Source: Bryobacterales bacterium
GTDB lineage: Bacteria; Acidobacteriota; Terriglobia; Bryobacterales; UBA6623
NCBI GenBank assembly: GCA_963422375.2
Contig: OY729427.2
Span: 6,430 to 70,429, forward strand
Length of the DNA: 64,000 bases
Direction: 5' to 3'
Part shown: in pieces, positions 17,796-26,395 of the stretch
Layout of the letters: each line of letters starts with the position of its first letter
Position numbering within the stretch: the stretch's first letter is position 1
Translations under genes and position numbers: made by a program
The notes under the pieces: model-generated
Told to the model about the DNA's origin: nothing
The model's database searches: none
Seen by the model: only the letters and a program-made list of their open reading frames with translations

Positions 17796-18053
17796 CGCCG
17801 CGTCCAGCGGGCTGCCCGCGCCCTTCGAAGCAGTGGGCACCCGCCGGTTCCCGTGGTGCCGACCACCGGCCCTCGCGACGCGGGCGCCAAGCAACATCCG
17901 CGGAGGCCGGATCCCCGACTGTTCTTCAGCTGGGGTGATCGCGGATCGTCAGCTTCCGGAGGGGCCGATTGTCTGTCCAGTCCGGAGGCTGCCCGCTCGC
18001 CGACGGCACCGCCACCAGAAGGCACCGCACGATCGCGGCCCGCGCTACCGAGA

Positions 18054-20846
18054 TCAAGGTACTCTTACCCAGATGGGACTCGACCAAGCCATCTGTCCGT
18101 CGGCCTGCTGCACGCGCACGTAGTAATGCCGGTCTCCCGACGGCGGCTCCTGGTCCGCGAAGGTGAATTGCAGGTCGTCGCCCTGATTCTGCAGGGTGTA
18201 AACGAAATCCTGCCCGCGGATCACGTCAACCTGCCTGACCGGCGCGGTCCCTAGGATCCTCACCCTCAACTCGAACTCGCTGTGGCTTCCCGGAACCTCG
18301 TCGCCTTGGATGTACTCCCTGCCCCCGGCGCGCATGCGGTAGTCCAGCACGATGTTGTCGGTGGCCGCGTAGTTGTGCCGTCGGCGCATCGCGTCGAGTA
18401 GCCCTTCGCGGGTGAACTCCTCGGCGATCGTGCAGGAGTAGGAGATGTGCGTAGAGAGGTGGTCCGAACTGGCCTGTACGCCAATCCGGTACCCCTTGGC
18501 CCAGGCGTTCCAGACGTAGCCCTTGGGACGGAAGCCACCGGCTTGGTTCGTCACGTCCAGTTCCGTCGCGGCCTTGGGAGCGCCTTCGTATTCCGCGGAC
18601 ACCCGGTCGCCTTGGTAGATCTCGACCAACGGCTCCACCTCCGGGTCGTTGTCCCGCCAGTCCGTTCCCATGCCTGTCGCCGGAGTGTGCGGGATGGAAA
18701 TCCCGTCGTAGCGCTTGAGATATTCGAACAGGCCCGCTTGGGCCGTAGAGGTCTCTCGCTCGCCCGGCTGGTCGGGGAAGGTCGGGTTGCCGCGATTGGC
18801 GAAGAAGACGTTGCGGTGCCCGTTGGGATAGCCGACGCCGCGCTCGTACCCGAACAGCGGCACGAACCGGCCCGGCACGTGGAACACGTCGACCCGCTGC
18901 TGCAGCAGCCAGTTGATGTACTCGATGTTCGGACCGCCGCTGTTATGGTGCTCGCTCATGCCGAGGTAGTCGAGCTCGGCCACGTTCAGGGCGTAGCGGT
19001 AGGTGTCGTTCTGCGCGCCGTCGTTGTTGCCGTCCCCCGAGTACTCCGTGTGCCGGTGCGTGTCGCCCCGGTAAATCCTATACGTTCTGCCCTCCGATTC
19101 GATAGCGTAGCCGCGGATGCGCGCCACGTCCTCGCTCTCGTTGGGATGCTTGTCGAAAATCCGCAGTTCGTCGCGGATCCTCGCCTTGAGCTCGGCGGGA
19201 AACACCGGAGTCTCCAGTGTCGGCAGGCGCGAGGCAAAGACCTCACCCTGCTCGTAGAAGTACTGGTCGTAGATGCGGTTGTCCGTGCTCCAGGCGGCGT
19301 ATAGAGATCCGTCCGGCGCGGCGGAGAACCCGAAGCCGGCGTCCGAGCGCCCGGCGGTGGCCGGCAGCGGAAACGGAGTGCTCCATCCGCGGCCGTCGAA
19401 GGCCGTGGCGTACGTCTCCCACGAAGCGCGGTGGGACGCGGCGGTGTGCGGAACTTCCCTTTGCCGGAGGTGGCGATGCCGAAACAGCGCCCAGACGCGC
19501 CCGGCGCCGTCGGTCCGCAGGCGCGGAAAGTCGTTGAAGCCCCGCAGGTCGGCCGGCAGCGATTCCTCGAAGCCGCGCCTCGTCTCACGCCACTCGCCGG
19601 CGTCGTAGACCGCAGTCGCGACCCGCCTGGACTGGTAGAGCTGGGTGGCCGGCCGGTTCAGCAGGAATCCCGTGTCCTTGCCCCATTGCAGCCCGCTCTC
19701 GTTCCAAGCCGCCCAGAGCCGGTCCTCGGAATCGCACGTCAGGGACGGGTAGGCCTCGTAGCGCAGCGTGTCGGCGACGGGCTCGACCTCGGACCAGCGC
19801 CCGGCGGAGTGCCTGCGCATGCGGATGTCGAAATCGTCGTTTTCGTAGGTCTCCCACGCCACGTACACCGCGCCCTTGGAGTCGGCGGCGACTGCCGGGT
19901 GCCAGTCGTCGGCAGGCGACAGCGAAACGCGCGCCTCGGGCGACCAGGACGCGCCGTCCCAGGTCCGGGCCAGAATGTCGGACCGGCCTTCCCGGAACCC
20001 CTGCCAGACCAGCCAGACCCTGCCCGCCGCGTCCGCGGCCAGCGCGTGGTGGACATCGGGCTGCGGCGCGTCGGTGAGCCGCTCCCCGCGCGACCAAGAG
20101 CTCCCGTCGAAGACCGAAGCGAAGAGATCGAAGTTCCCGTCGCGCCGGTCCGCCCAGACCGCGAGCGGGCTCCCCTGCCCGTCGAGAGCCAGGCGCACGT
20201 AGTAGGCGTCCGACGGGCCGGAGGTTACTTCGTGCGTCTCGCCCCAGGCCTTCCCGTCGTGCCGCCGGGCGAAGACGCGATTGGCCCAGTCCCTGTAGCC
20301 GATCCAAGCGACCCAGAAGGCTCCGCCGCCCTCGGCCGCGATGTCGGCGAAGCCGTTGTGGTAGGACTGATCCGAAACGGACGAGTAGCTGGCCGCCCGC
20401 TCCACGACCGCCGCCCCGCCGAGGTAGCCGCGCCGCGCGCCCGGAGGCTGGTCCGAGATCCGGAAGGACAGGTTTCCCGTGGCCGTCTGGATGTCGACGC
20501 GGGCATCGCCTGCGGATTCCACGGAAAGGACCAGGCCCGGAACGTTGAGATATGCAGGCACGGGGGCGGGCGGCTCGGGTTCCCAGTTGCGGTACCGGAA
20601 CTTGACTCCGGGCGCGGTCGAGAGCTTCCAGGACGTCTCGCCGATCTCGTCCGCCGCGCGCGGCCGCCAGCTGCGCAGCCCCGCCAGCCGCCCCCCTGCC
20701 ACGGTGACGGAGCCGTCCCATGCCGTGGGTTCGCGGTCGGTGAGGCCGAACCGGACCCGGAAGGCATGGAGTTCCGCGGAGGCGACGGAAGCCGCGCACG
20801 CGGCGAGAGCCGCGAGGGCGGCAAGGAGTCTTCGGCAGGCCGGCAT
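18054..20846 (-). CDS. Secreted beta-propeller (BNR/sialidase-like repeats) fused to a PHP/DUF3604-like metallohydrolase domain
   Basis: It starts at MPACRRLLAALAALAACAASVASA (ATG 20846). The N-terminal half has repeated ...W.AW....DG.W...  units. The C-terminal part has RGDTHRHTEYSGDG, LGMSEHHNSGG, GYERGVGYPNGHRNVFF, IPHTPATG and SSDHLSTHISY, which are His/Asp metal-ligand motifs. Confidence 0.7.
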   Translation of the reverse strand: MPACRRLLAALAALAACAASVASAELHAFRVRFGLTDREPTAWDGSVTVAGGRLAGLRSWRPRAADEIGETSWKLSTAPGVKFRYRNWEPEPPAPVPAYLNVPGLVLSVESAGDARVDIQTATGNLSFRISDQPPGARRGYLGGAAVVERAASYSSVSDQSYHNGFADIAAEGGGAFWVAWIGYRDWANRVFARRHDGKAWGETHEVTSGPSDAYYVRLALDGQGSPLAVWADRRDGNFDLFASVFDGSSWSRGERLTDAPQPDVHHALAADAAGRVWLVWQGFREGRSDILARTWDGASWSPEARVSLSPADDWHPAVAADSKGAVYVAWETYENDDFDIRMRRHSAGRWSEVEPVADTLRYEAYPSLTCDSEDRLWAAWNESGLQWGKDTGFLLNRPATQLYQSRRVATAVYDAGEWRETRRGFEESLPADLRGFNDFPRLRTDGAGRVWALFRHRHLRQREVPHTAASHRASWETYATAFDGRGWSTPFPLPATAGRSDAGFGFSAAPDGSLYAAWSTDNRIYDQYFYEQGEVFASRLPTLETPVFPAELKARIRDELRIFDKHPNESEDVARIRGYAIESEGRTYRIYRGDTHRHTEYSGDGNNDGAQNDTYRYALNVAELDYLGMSEHHNSGGPNIEYINWLLQQRVDVFHVPGRFVPLFGYERGVGYPNGHRNVFFANRGNPTFPDQPGERETSTAQAGLFEYLKRYDGISIPHTPATGMGTDWRDNDPEVEPLVEIYQGDRVSAEYEGAPKAATELDVTNQAGGFRPKGYVWNAWAKGYRIGVQASSDHLSTHISYSCTIAEEFTREGLLDAMRRRHNYAATDNIVLDYRMRAGGREYIQGDEVPGSHSEFELRVRILGTAPVRQVDVIRGQDFVYTLQNQGDDLQFTFADQEPPSGDRHYYVRVQQADGQMAWSSPIWVRVP

Positions 20847-21013
20847 GCCAACAAGGTTAGAACGCCCGGCGGAGCGTCTCAAGCGCGGGGGCGGCGGCCC
20901 GCGGGCGCCCGAGGCGGCTGGGACCCGGGCGCGCGGCATCCGGACAGCTGACCCGCCTATCCTGTGTTGTGGTGCCGGAGCGCCTTCGCGGCCGTTCGCA
21001 CGGCGAGACGCCC

Positions 21014-23104
21014 ATGGACAGAACGCAGGCTGAGCGGCTCTTGCACGCGGCCGTCGGCAGGTCGGACGCAACGTTCCGGGACGGCCAGTGGGAGGCGATC
21101 GACGCGCTCGCCAACGACCGGGCCAGGCTGTTGGTCGTGGAACGGACCGGCTGGGGCAAGAGCTCGGTCTACTTCATCGCCACGCGGATCCTGCGCGATC
21201 AAGGCTCGGGCCCCACGCTGATCGTGTCGCCCCTGCTGGCGCTGATGCGCAACCAGATCGACGCGGCCGAGCGCCTGCGCATCCGTGCAGCCACGATCAA
21301 TTCCTCGAACAGGGACGCGTGGGACTCCGTCAAGCAGCGCATCCTCGCCGACCGGGTGGACGCACTGCTGATCTCCCCGGAGCGCCTTTCCAACGAGTCC
21401 TTCGTCGAGACGGTCCTGATGCCGATCGCCGGCCGCATCGGCCTGCTGGTGGTCGACGAAGTCCACTGCATCTCCGACTGGGGCCACGACTTCCGCCCCG
21501 ACTACCAGCGGCTGATCAACGTGTTGCGGCAGCTGCCGCCGAACCTGCCGGTGCTCGGCACGACCGCCACGGCCAGCAACCGGGTAATTGCCGACGTCAG
21601 CCGCCAGCTCGGGGACATCCGGGTCCAGAGAGGGCCGCTCGTCCGGGACAGCCTGTCGCTCCAGACGCTGAGCCTTCCGGGCCAGGCCTCGCGCCTGGCG
21701 TGGCTCGCCCAGCGCGTACCGGAGTTGCCCGGCACCGGCATCGTCTACACCCTCACGACCAGCGACGCGAGGCAGGTGGCCGGCTGGCTGTCCCAGCAGG
21801 GGATCGACGCGAAGGCCTACTACTCGAACGTCGAGGGCGAGGGCTTCGAGGACAGCAGCACTTACCGCCAGCACCTCGAGGACCAGCTTCTCGGCAACGA
21901 GCTCAAGGCCCTCGTCGCCACGACCGCGCTCGGCATGGGCTACGACAAGCCCGACGTCGGCTTCGTGATTCACTACCAGGTTCCCGGATCCATCGTCGGG
22001 TACTACCAGCAGGTCGGCCGGGCCGGCCGCGCCGTCGACCGGGCGTTCGGCGTGCTGCTGTCGGGGAGGGAGGACGGGCAGATCGTCGAGCACTTCCGGA
22101 CCACGGCGTTCCCGCCGGAAGCGGACGTGGAAAAGATCCTCGGCGCTCTCGAGGACAGCGACGGCCTGTCGGTCCGGGAGCTGCAGGCGCAGGTGAACCT
22201 CCGCCAGGGCCAGGTCCAGAAGGTCCTCAAGATCCTCAGCGTCGAGAGCCCCGCCCCGGTCCTCAAGCGCAAGACCAAGTGGCAGCGCACGCCGGTGCGC
22301 TACGCGATGGACACGGAGCGGATCCGGCGCCTGACCGGCCAGCGAGAGCTGGAGTGGCGGGAAATCCAGGACTACGTGCGCACGGACGGTTGCCTGATGG
22401 CGTACCTGCGACGCGCCCTGGACGACCCGGAGTCGCCGGACTGCGGCCGCTGCGCCAACTGCCTGGGCCGGCCTGTCGTCGACGCGACGGTCGACCGGGG
22501 ACTGACCGCCAGCGCGGCGCGCTTCCTGCGACGGGCCGAGCGCGCGTTCTCGCCCAACAAGCAGGTCCACCAAGACGCGTTCCCGCAGTACGGCTTCCGG
22601 GGAAACCTGCGCCCGGAAGTCCGCTCGTCGGACGGCCGGACGCTCTCGGCATGGAAGGACGCCGGATGGGGCGCCATGGTAGCCAAGCACAGGCTGGCCG
22701 GCCGCTACGGCGACGAGCTCGTCGCGGCAACGGCCGAGATGATTCGCGAGCGCTGGAGACCGAGCCCGAAGCCGGAGTGGGTGACCTGCGTGCCTTCGCT
22801 GAGGAATCCCGATCTCGTCCCGGATTTCGCGAAGCGCCTCGCCGGGCGCATCGGGCTCCCGTTCCGGGCCGCCGTCCGCAAGATCGCGGACAACGAGCCC
22901 CAGCGGGAGCAGCGCAACAGCTTCCACCAATGCCGGAACCTCGACGGCGCGTTCGGGATCTCGGACCGGATCAGGGCGACGCCTGTTCTGCTGGTCGACG
23001 ACTTGGTCGGCTCCGGCTGGACCCTCACTATCGTGGCCGCCCTGCTGAGGCGGGCGGGCAGCGGGCCGGTGCATCCTGTGGCGCTTGCCTCGATCGTCAG
23101 ATAG
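21014..23104 (+). CDS. RecQ-family DNA helicase fused to a C-terminal ComF/GntX-type phosphoribosyltransferase-like domain
   Basis: RecQ motifs are present: ERTGWGKSSVYF, VVDEVHCISDWGHDFRPDY, GTTATAS, ATTALGMGYDKPDVGFVIHY, QQVGRAGRA and the Zn module CLMAYL..PDCGRCANC. The C-terminal ~170 aa (WVTCVPSLRNPDLVPDFAKRLA...NLDGAFGISDRIRATPVLLVDDLVGSGWTLT) carry a PRPP-loop. Confidence 0.85.
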   Translation: MDRTQAERLLHAAVGRSDATFRDGQWEAIDALANDRARLLVVERTGWGKSSVYFIATRILRDQGSGPTLIVSPLLALMRNQIDAAERLRIRAATINSSNRDAWDSVKQRILADRVDALLISPERLSNESFVETVLMPIAGRIGLLVVDEVHCISDWGHDFRPDYQRLINVLRQLPPNLPVLGTTATASNRVIADVSRQLGDIRVQRGPLVRDSLSLQTLSLPGQASRLAWLAQRVPELPGTGIVYTLTTSDARQVAGWLSQQGIDAKAYYSNVEGEGFEDSSTYRQHLEDQLLGNELKALVATTALGMGYDKPDVGFVIHYQVPGSIVGYYQQVGRAGRAVDRAFGVLLSGREDGQIVEHFRTTAFPPEADVEKILGALEDSDGLSVRELQAQVNLRQGQVQKVLKILSVESPAPVLKRKTKWQRTPVRYAMDTERIRRLTGQRELEWREIQDYVRTDGCLMAYLRRALDDPESPDCGRCANCLGRPVVDATVDRGLTASAARFLRRAERAFSPNKQVHQDAFPQYGFRGNLRPEVRSSDGRTLSAWKDAGWGAMVAKHRLAGRYGDELVAATAEMIRERWRPSPKPEWVTCVPSLRNPDLVPDFAKRLAGRIGLPFRAAVRKIADNEPQREQRNSFHQCRNLDGAFGISDRIRATPVLLVDDLVGSGWTLTIVAALLRRAGSGPVHPVALASIVR

Positions 23105-23109
23105 GCCGC

Positions 23110-24078
23110 ATGACCGTCTCGGAGGGCACGCAGGCCATCCTGCTGCTGACGGCGCGCTTCGCGGACTGGCGGGGCGACAGCCCCGACCCGCTGACTCCCG
23201 CCGAGTGGGGCCGATTCGCGGCGTGGCTCAAGGTCCGCCGGTTGCAGCCGGCCGACCTGCTGGGCGGGCCCCCGTCCGACCTGTTGGAGGGCTGGTCCGA
23301 CAGCCGGGTCACGATCCCCAGGGTTGAGCGGCTGCTGGCGCGCGGTCCGGCGCTGGCGCTCGCGATGGACCGGTGGCTCGGCTCCGGCCTGTGGGTGATG
23401 ACGCGGGCCGACCCCGCTTACCCCAGCCGTCTCAAGACGCGCCTCGGACGGAATTCCCCGCCCGTCCTATTCGGCTGCGGGAACCGGGAATTGCCGGACG
23501 CCGGGGGGATCGCGGTCGTGGGATCGCCCGACGCGCCTCCGGCAGACCGCGCCTACTCGCGGGAGGTGGGAGTCGGCGCCGCACGGCAGGGGCATGCCGT
23601 CATCTCGGGAGGAGCGCGGGGCGTCGACGAGGCCGCGATGCTAGGCGCGCTGGAGTCCGGGGGCACCGCAGTGGGAGTCGTGGCGAACGGGCTTCTGGGA
23701 CGGTGCTCCAGCGCGAGCTACCGCCGGCACCTCATCGCGGGCGACCTGGCGCTCGTGTCGGCTACCCATCCGGAGGCGCGACTCCTTGCTTCCAACGCGT
23801 TGCAGCGGAACCACTACATCTACTGCCTCGCGGACGCGGCGGTCGCGGTTCGCTCGGCAACCGCGGGCGGGACGTGGAACAGCGCAGTCGAGAACCTTAG
23901 GAGGGGCTGGGTCCCCCTGTGGGTCAAGCCGACGGAGGACGCGGCGCCGGGCAACGCCGCGCTGGCCGGCCTGGGAGCGAGGTGGGCGCCGCTCCAAGCC
24001 GCCGACATCCGCATGGAGGAGCTGTGCGAGCGGGCCGCGCTCCCGCATACGCCCACCCTGTTTCCCGAGCTGGCATAG
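23110..24078 (+). CDS. DprA/Smf-like DNA-processing (SLOG/Rossmann) protein
   Basis: The ATG lies 5 nt after the RecQ-fusion stop. Motifs: ...YPSRLKTRLGRNSPPVLFGCGN...GIAVVGSPDAPPADRAYSREVGVGAARQGHAVISGGARGVDEAAMLGALESGGTAVGVVANGL... Only the last 322 aa of track ORF 21088..24078 are real. Confidence 0.8.
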   Translation: MTVSEGTQAILLLTARFADWRGDSPDPLTPAEWGRFAAWLKVRRLQPADLLGGPPSDLLEGWSDSRVTIPRVERLLARGPALALAMDRWLGSGLWVMTRADPAYPSRLKTRLGRNSPPVLFGCGNRELPDAGGIAVVGSPDAPPADRAYSREVGVGAARQGHAVISGGARGVDEAAMLGALESGGTAVGVVANGLLGRCSSASYRRHLIAGDLALVSATHPEARLLASNALQRNHYIYCLADAAVAVRSATAGGTWNSAVENLRRGWVPLWVKPTEDAAPGNAALAGLGARWAPLQAADIRMEELCERAALPHTPTLFPELA

Positions 24079-24144
24079 CCGGATCGAAGGCGGGCCAACC
24101 CCGCTCGGCACGCAAAGATTTCTGGCTCGCGCCGGAAAGGCCGT

Positions 24145-26324
24145 TCATTCGTTCCGGCGCGTGACGGTAACGGTCAGCCAGCGTCGGGCGCTCAGTCCGG
24201 TGGCATCCCTCGCGACGACCGAGAGCACGTGGTTCCTCGGCCCCTCCCCGAGGCCTTCTCCGTTCCCGACATAGGTGAGCCGGCCGGTCGCGGAGTCGAT
24301 CTCGAATCGTTCCGAGGCGGGCCCGGAGATCGCGTAGGCGACCGGTCCGGCCCTTTCGGGATCGCTGGCCGCTACGATACCAATCGCGAGCGGGCCCGGC
24401 CGGTCCTCCGGCAGTTCGAACGCCAGGCGCTCGCTCGGGAACGCCGCGGGCTCGTTCACATCGGCTACTTCCACGGTCACCGTGGCATCGTAGGCGGGGC
24501 TGCCGCCGCCCCCGGCCGTCACCGCCAAGTCGTACTGGCGGGGTCCGCCTTCCCGGTCCTCGCCGGCGCCGATATAGGCGAGCACTCCTTCGACCGGGTC
24601 GATCGCGAACCTCTCAAGCGCGGCGCCCGATCCCGAAATGGCGTAAGCGGGCCGTACCTCGGCGCCGGGAGCGACCGCGCGCACCCGTCCGATCGGCACG
24701 GGCCGGAACGCGCCGGAGACGTTTTCCCTGATGATGAATTCGTAGGTGTCCCTGCCTGCCGCGGGCGTGCCGACAAGCAGCCGGATCGTGCCGTCGCGCT
24801 TGTTGAGCAGGAAGACCCGGCCATTCGGCCCGAGGCCGAAGCGCAGATCGGCTCGCGTGGACGGCCGCCGCCCCTGCTGCAGGTTCTTCTCCCTGATCAG
24901 CTGGAGCAGCGTCTTGCGCTCCCCACCGTGGTTGAAGAGGACGCGGCGCAAGGAGCCCTGGCCGCCGCTCGGGAGGTCGTCCGCGGCCACGTGGAACACC
25001 TCGCCGCTCGGGAAGTCGCCCAGCAGCATCCTGTTCTCGAGCTGCGGAATCGCGTCCCCGCGATAGACCACAACGCCCGTGACGGCGACCCCTCCGGCCA
25101 GCAGCGCGTCTCCATGGTCGTATTCGACGACCGGGTAGGTGACATCGAACCCCTCGCGCTGGCCTTCCAAGCTGATGGATCGCGAGAAGCCGCCGCGGTT
25201 GTAGCGGAAGCTGCCCTCCCAGTCGTTCCATCCCAGATTCGCGCCTGCCGTGACTGGGCTGATCTCCTCGACGAGGTTCTGGCCGATGTCCGCCACGAAC
25301 ATGTCGCCATATCGCGGATCCCATCCGAAGCGCTGAGGGTTGCGCACTCCGTACGCGAAGGTCTCCGCCAGCATCGCCGGGTCCGCGGCGCCGGCGAAGG
25401 GATTGTCGGCCGGAATGCCGTACTGACCGTTGACGCTGTTTGTGCCGAGGGGGTCGATGCGCAGGATCTTGCCGAAGATCGAGCCGAGATCCTGCGCGAG
25501 GTCGAACGGATCCCCGCCCGATCCGCCATCGGCCGAGCCGACGTAGAGCATCCCGAAATCGTAGTCGCACTCCAGCGCGAGCGGGTTGAAGCCGAGCTGG
25601 CCGCCGTTGTGGTTCGAAAATGGCTGGCGGACGCGCAGGAGCTCGCGCGGCGGGCCCCCGTCGTAGGCCGCGGCCGAGGGATCGATCGCGGTCCACTCCA
25701 GCAGGATCGTGTCGTGGCCGCCCCTGCCGCCGCGGACCTCGAAGTCGGGCGGCGACGCGGTGCCGCTCGTGTCCGTGTAGGTGTAGAGCCTTCCGAACCC
25801 GGGAGCCCCGCGCAGGCCGAAATGGGGATGGAAGGCGAAGCTCTGGAATCCCTTCTCCCCCCGAGAAGCGTCGACCGCAAGCGCCCAGCGCGGGTCGGCT
25901 AGATCGAGTACCGCCGCACCGTGCCGCCGTCGTAGCTGACGCTGTAGAGGGGCCCGTACATGTCGTTCACGAACAGCCGCCCGGTCAGGGGCTCGTCAAC
26001 CAAGCGCATCATGCGCGCGGGCCGTCCGTTGGAATCGGGTAGTGTCGCGAACTCGGCTACGTCGACCGCGATCACGCCCTCGGCCGGCGGGATGGGGTCG
26101 GGAAACGGGTCGGCAGCCGTCGGCGCGCGCCCGGTCTGCGCGGGCGCAGCGGCCGCGAGACACAGCACGGCGGTCAGGCAGGGAAGGGGCCGGGCGGGCC
26201 TCCGCGGAGCCTGCCGGGAGAGCGCCGCCGCCGATGCCCGTAGCGGCCCGTTCGGGGATCCGCGGAAGCGCGGATGCAGCCCGCCCGCGCGGGCACCGTC
26301 GCCGAAGGTACGCATGGCAGCCAA
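24145..26324 (-). pseudogene. PQQ-dependent sugar (glucose/sorbosone) dehydrogenase with two C-terminal cadherin-like repeats; one frameshift near 25900
   Basis: N-terminal part (25899..26324): signal peptide + ...RLFVNDMYGPLYSVSYDGGTV. After a frame change it continues ...LDLADPRWALAVDASRGEKGFQSFAFHPHF...SNHNGGQLGF...GVRNPQRFGWD... Cadherin-like units follow (FAIDPVEG..., VEVADVNEPAAF, FEIDSATGRLTY). Confidence 0.7.
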
Positions 26325-26395
26325 GCCGGCCCAGACCTCTTGCTCGGCCGGGAGAGGCCGCCGGGGAGACCGGAGGGCCTCCCCGGCGCCGTCGC

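Noticed and set aside
20957-23074. 705-aa minus-strand ORF opposite the RecQ fusion; also the N-terminal 670 aa of plus ORF 21088..24078
   Set aside because: The RecQ frame carries all the helicase motifs. The alternatives are R/P/G-rich with no motifs. Only the last 322 aa of 21088..24078 (from ATG 23110) look like a real (DprA-like) protein.
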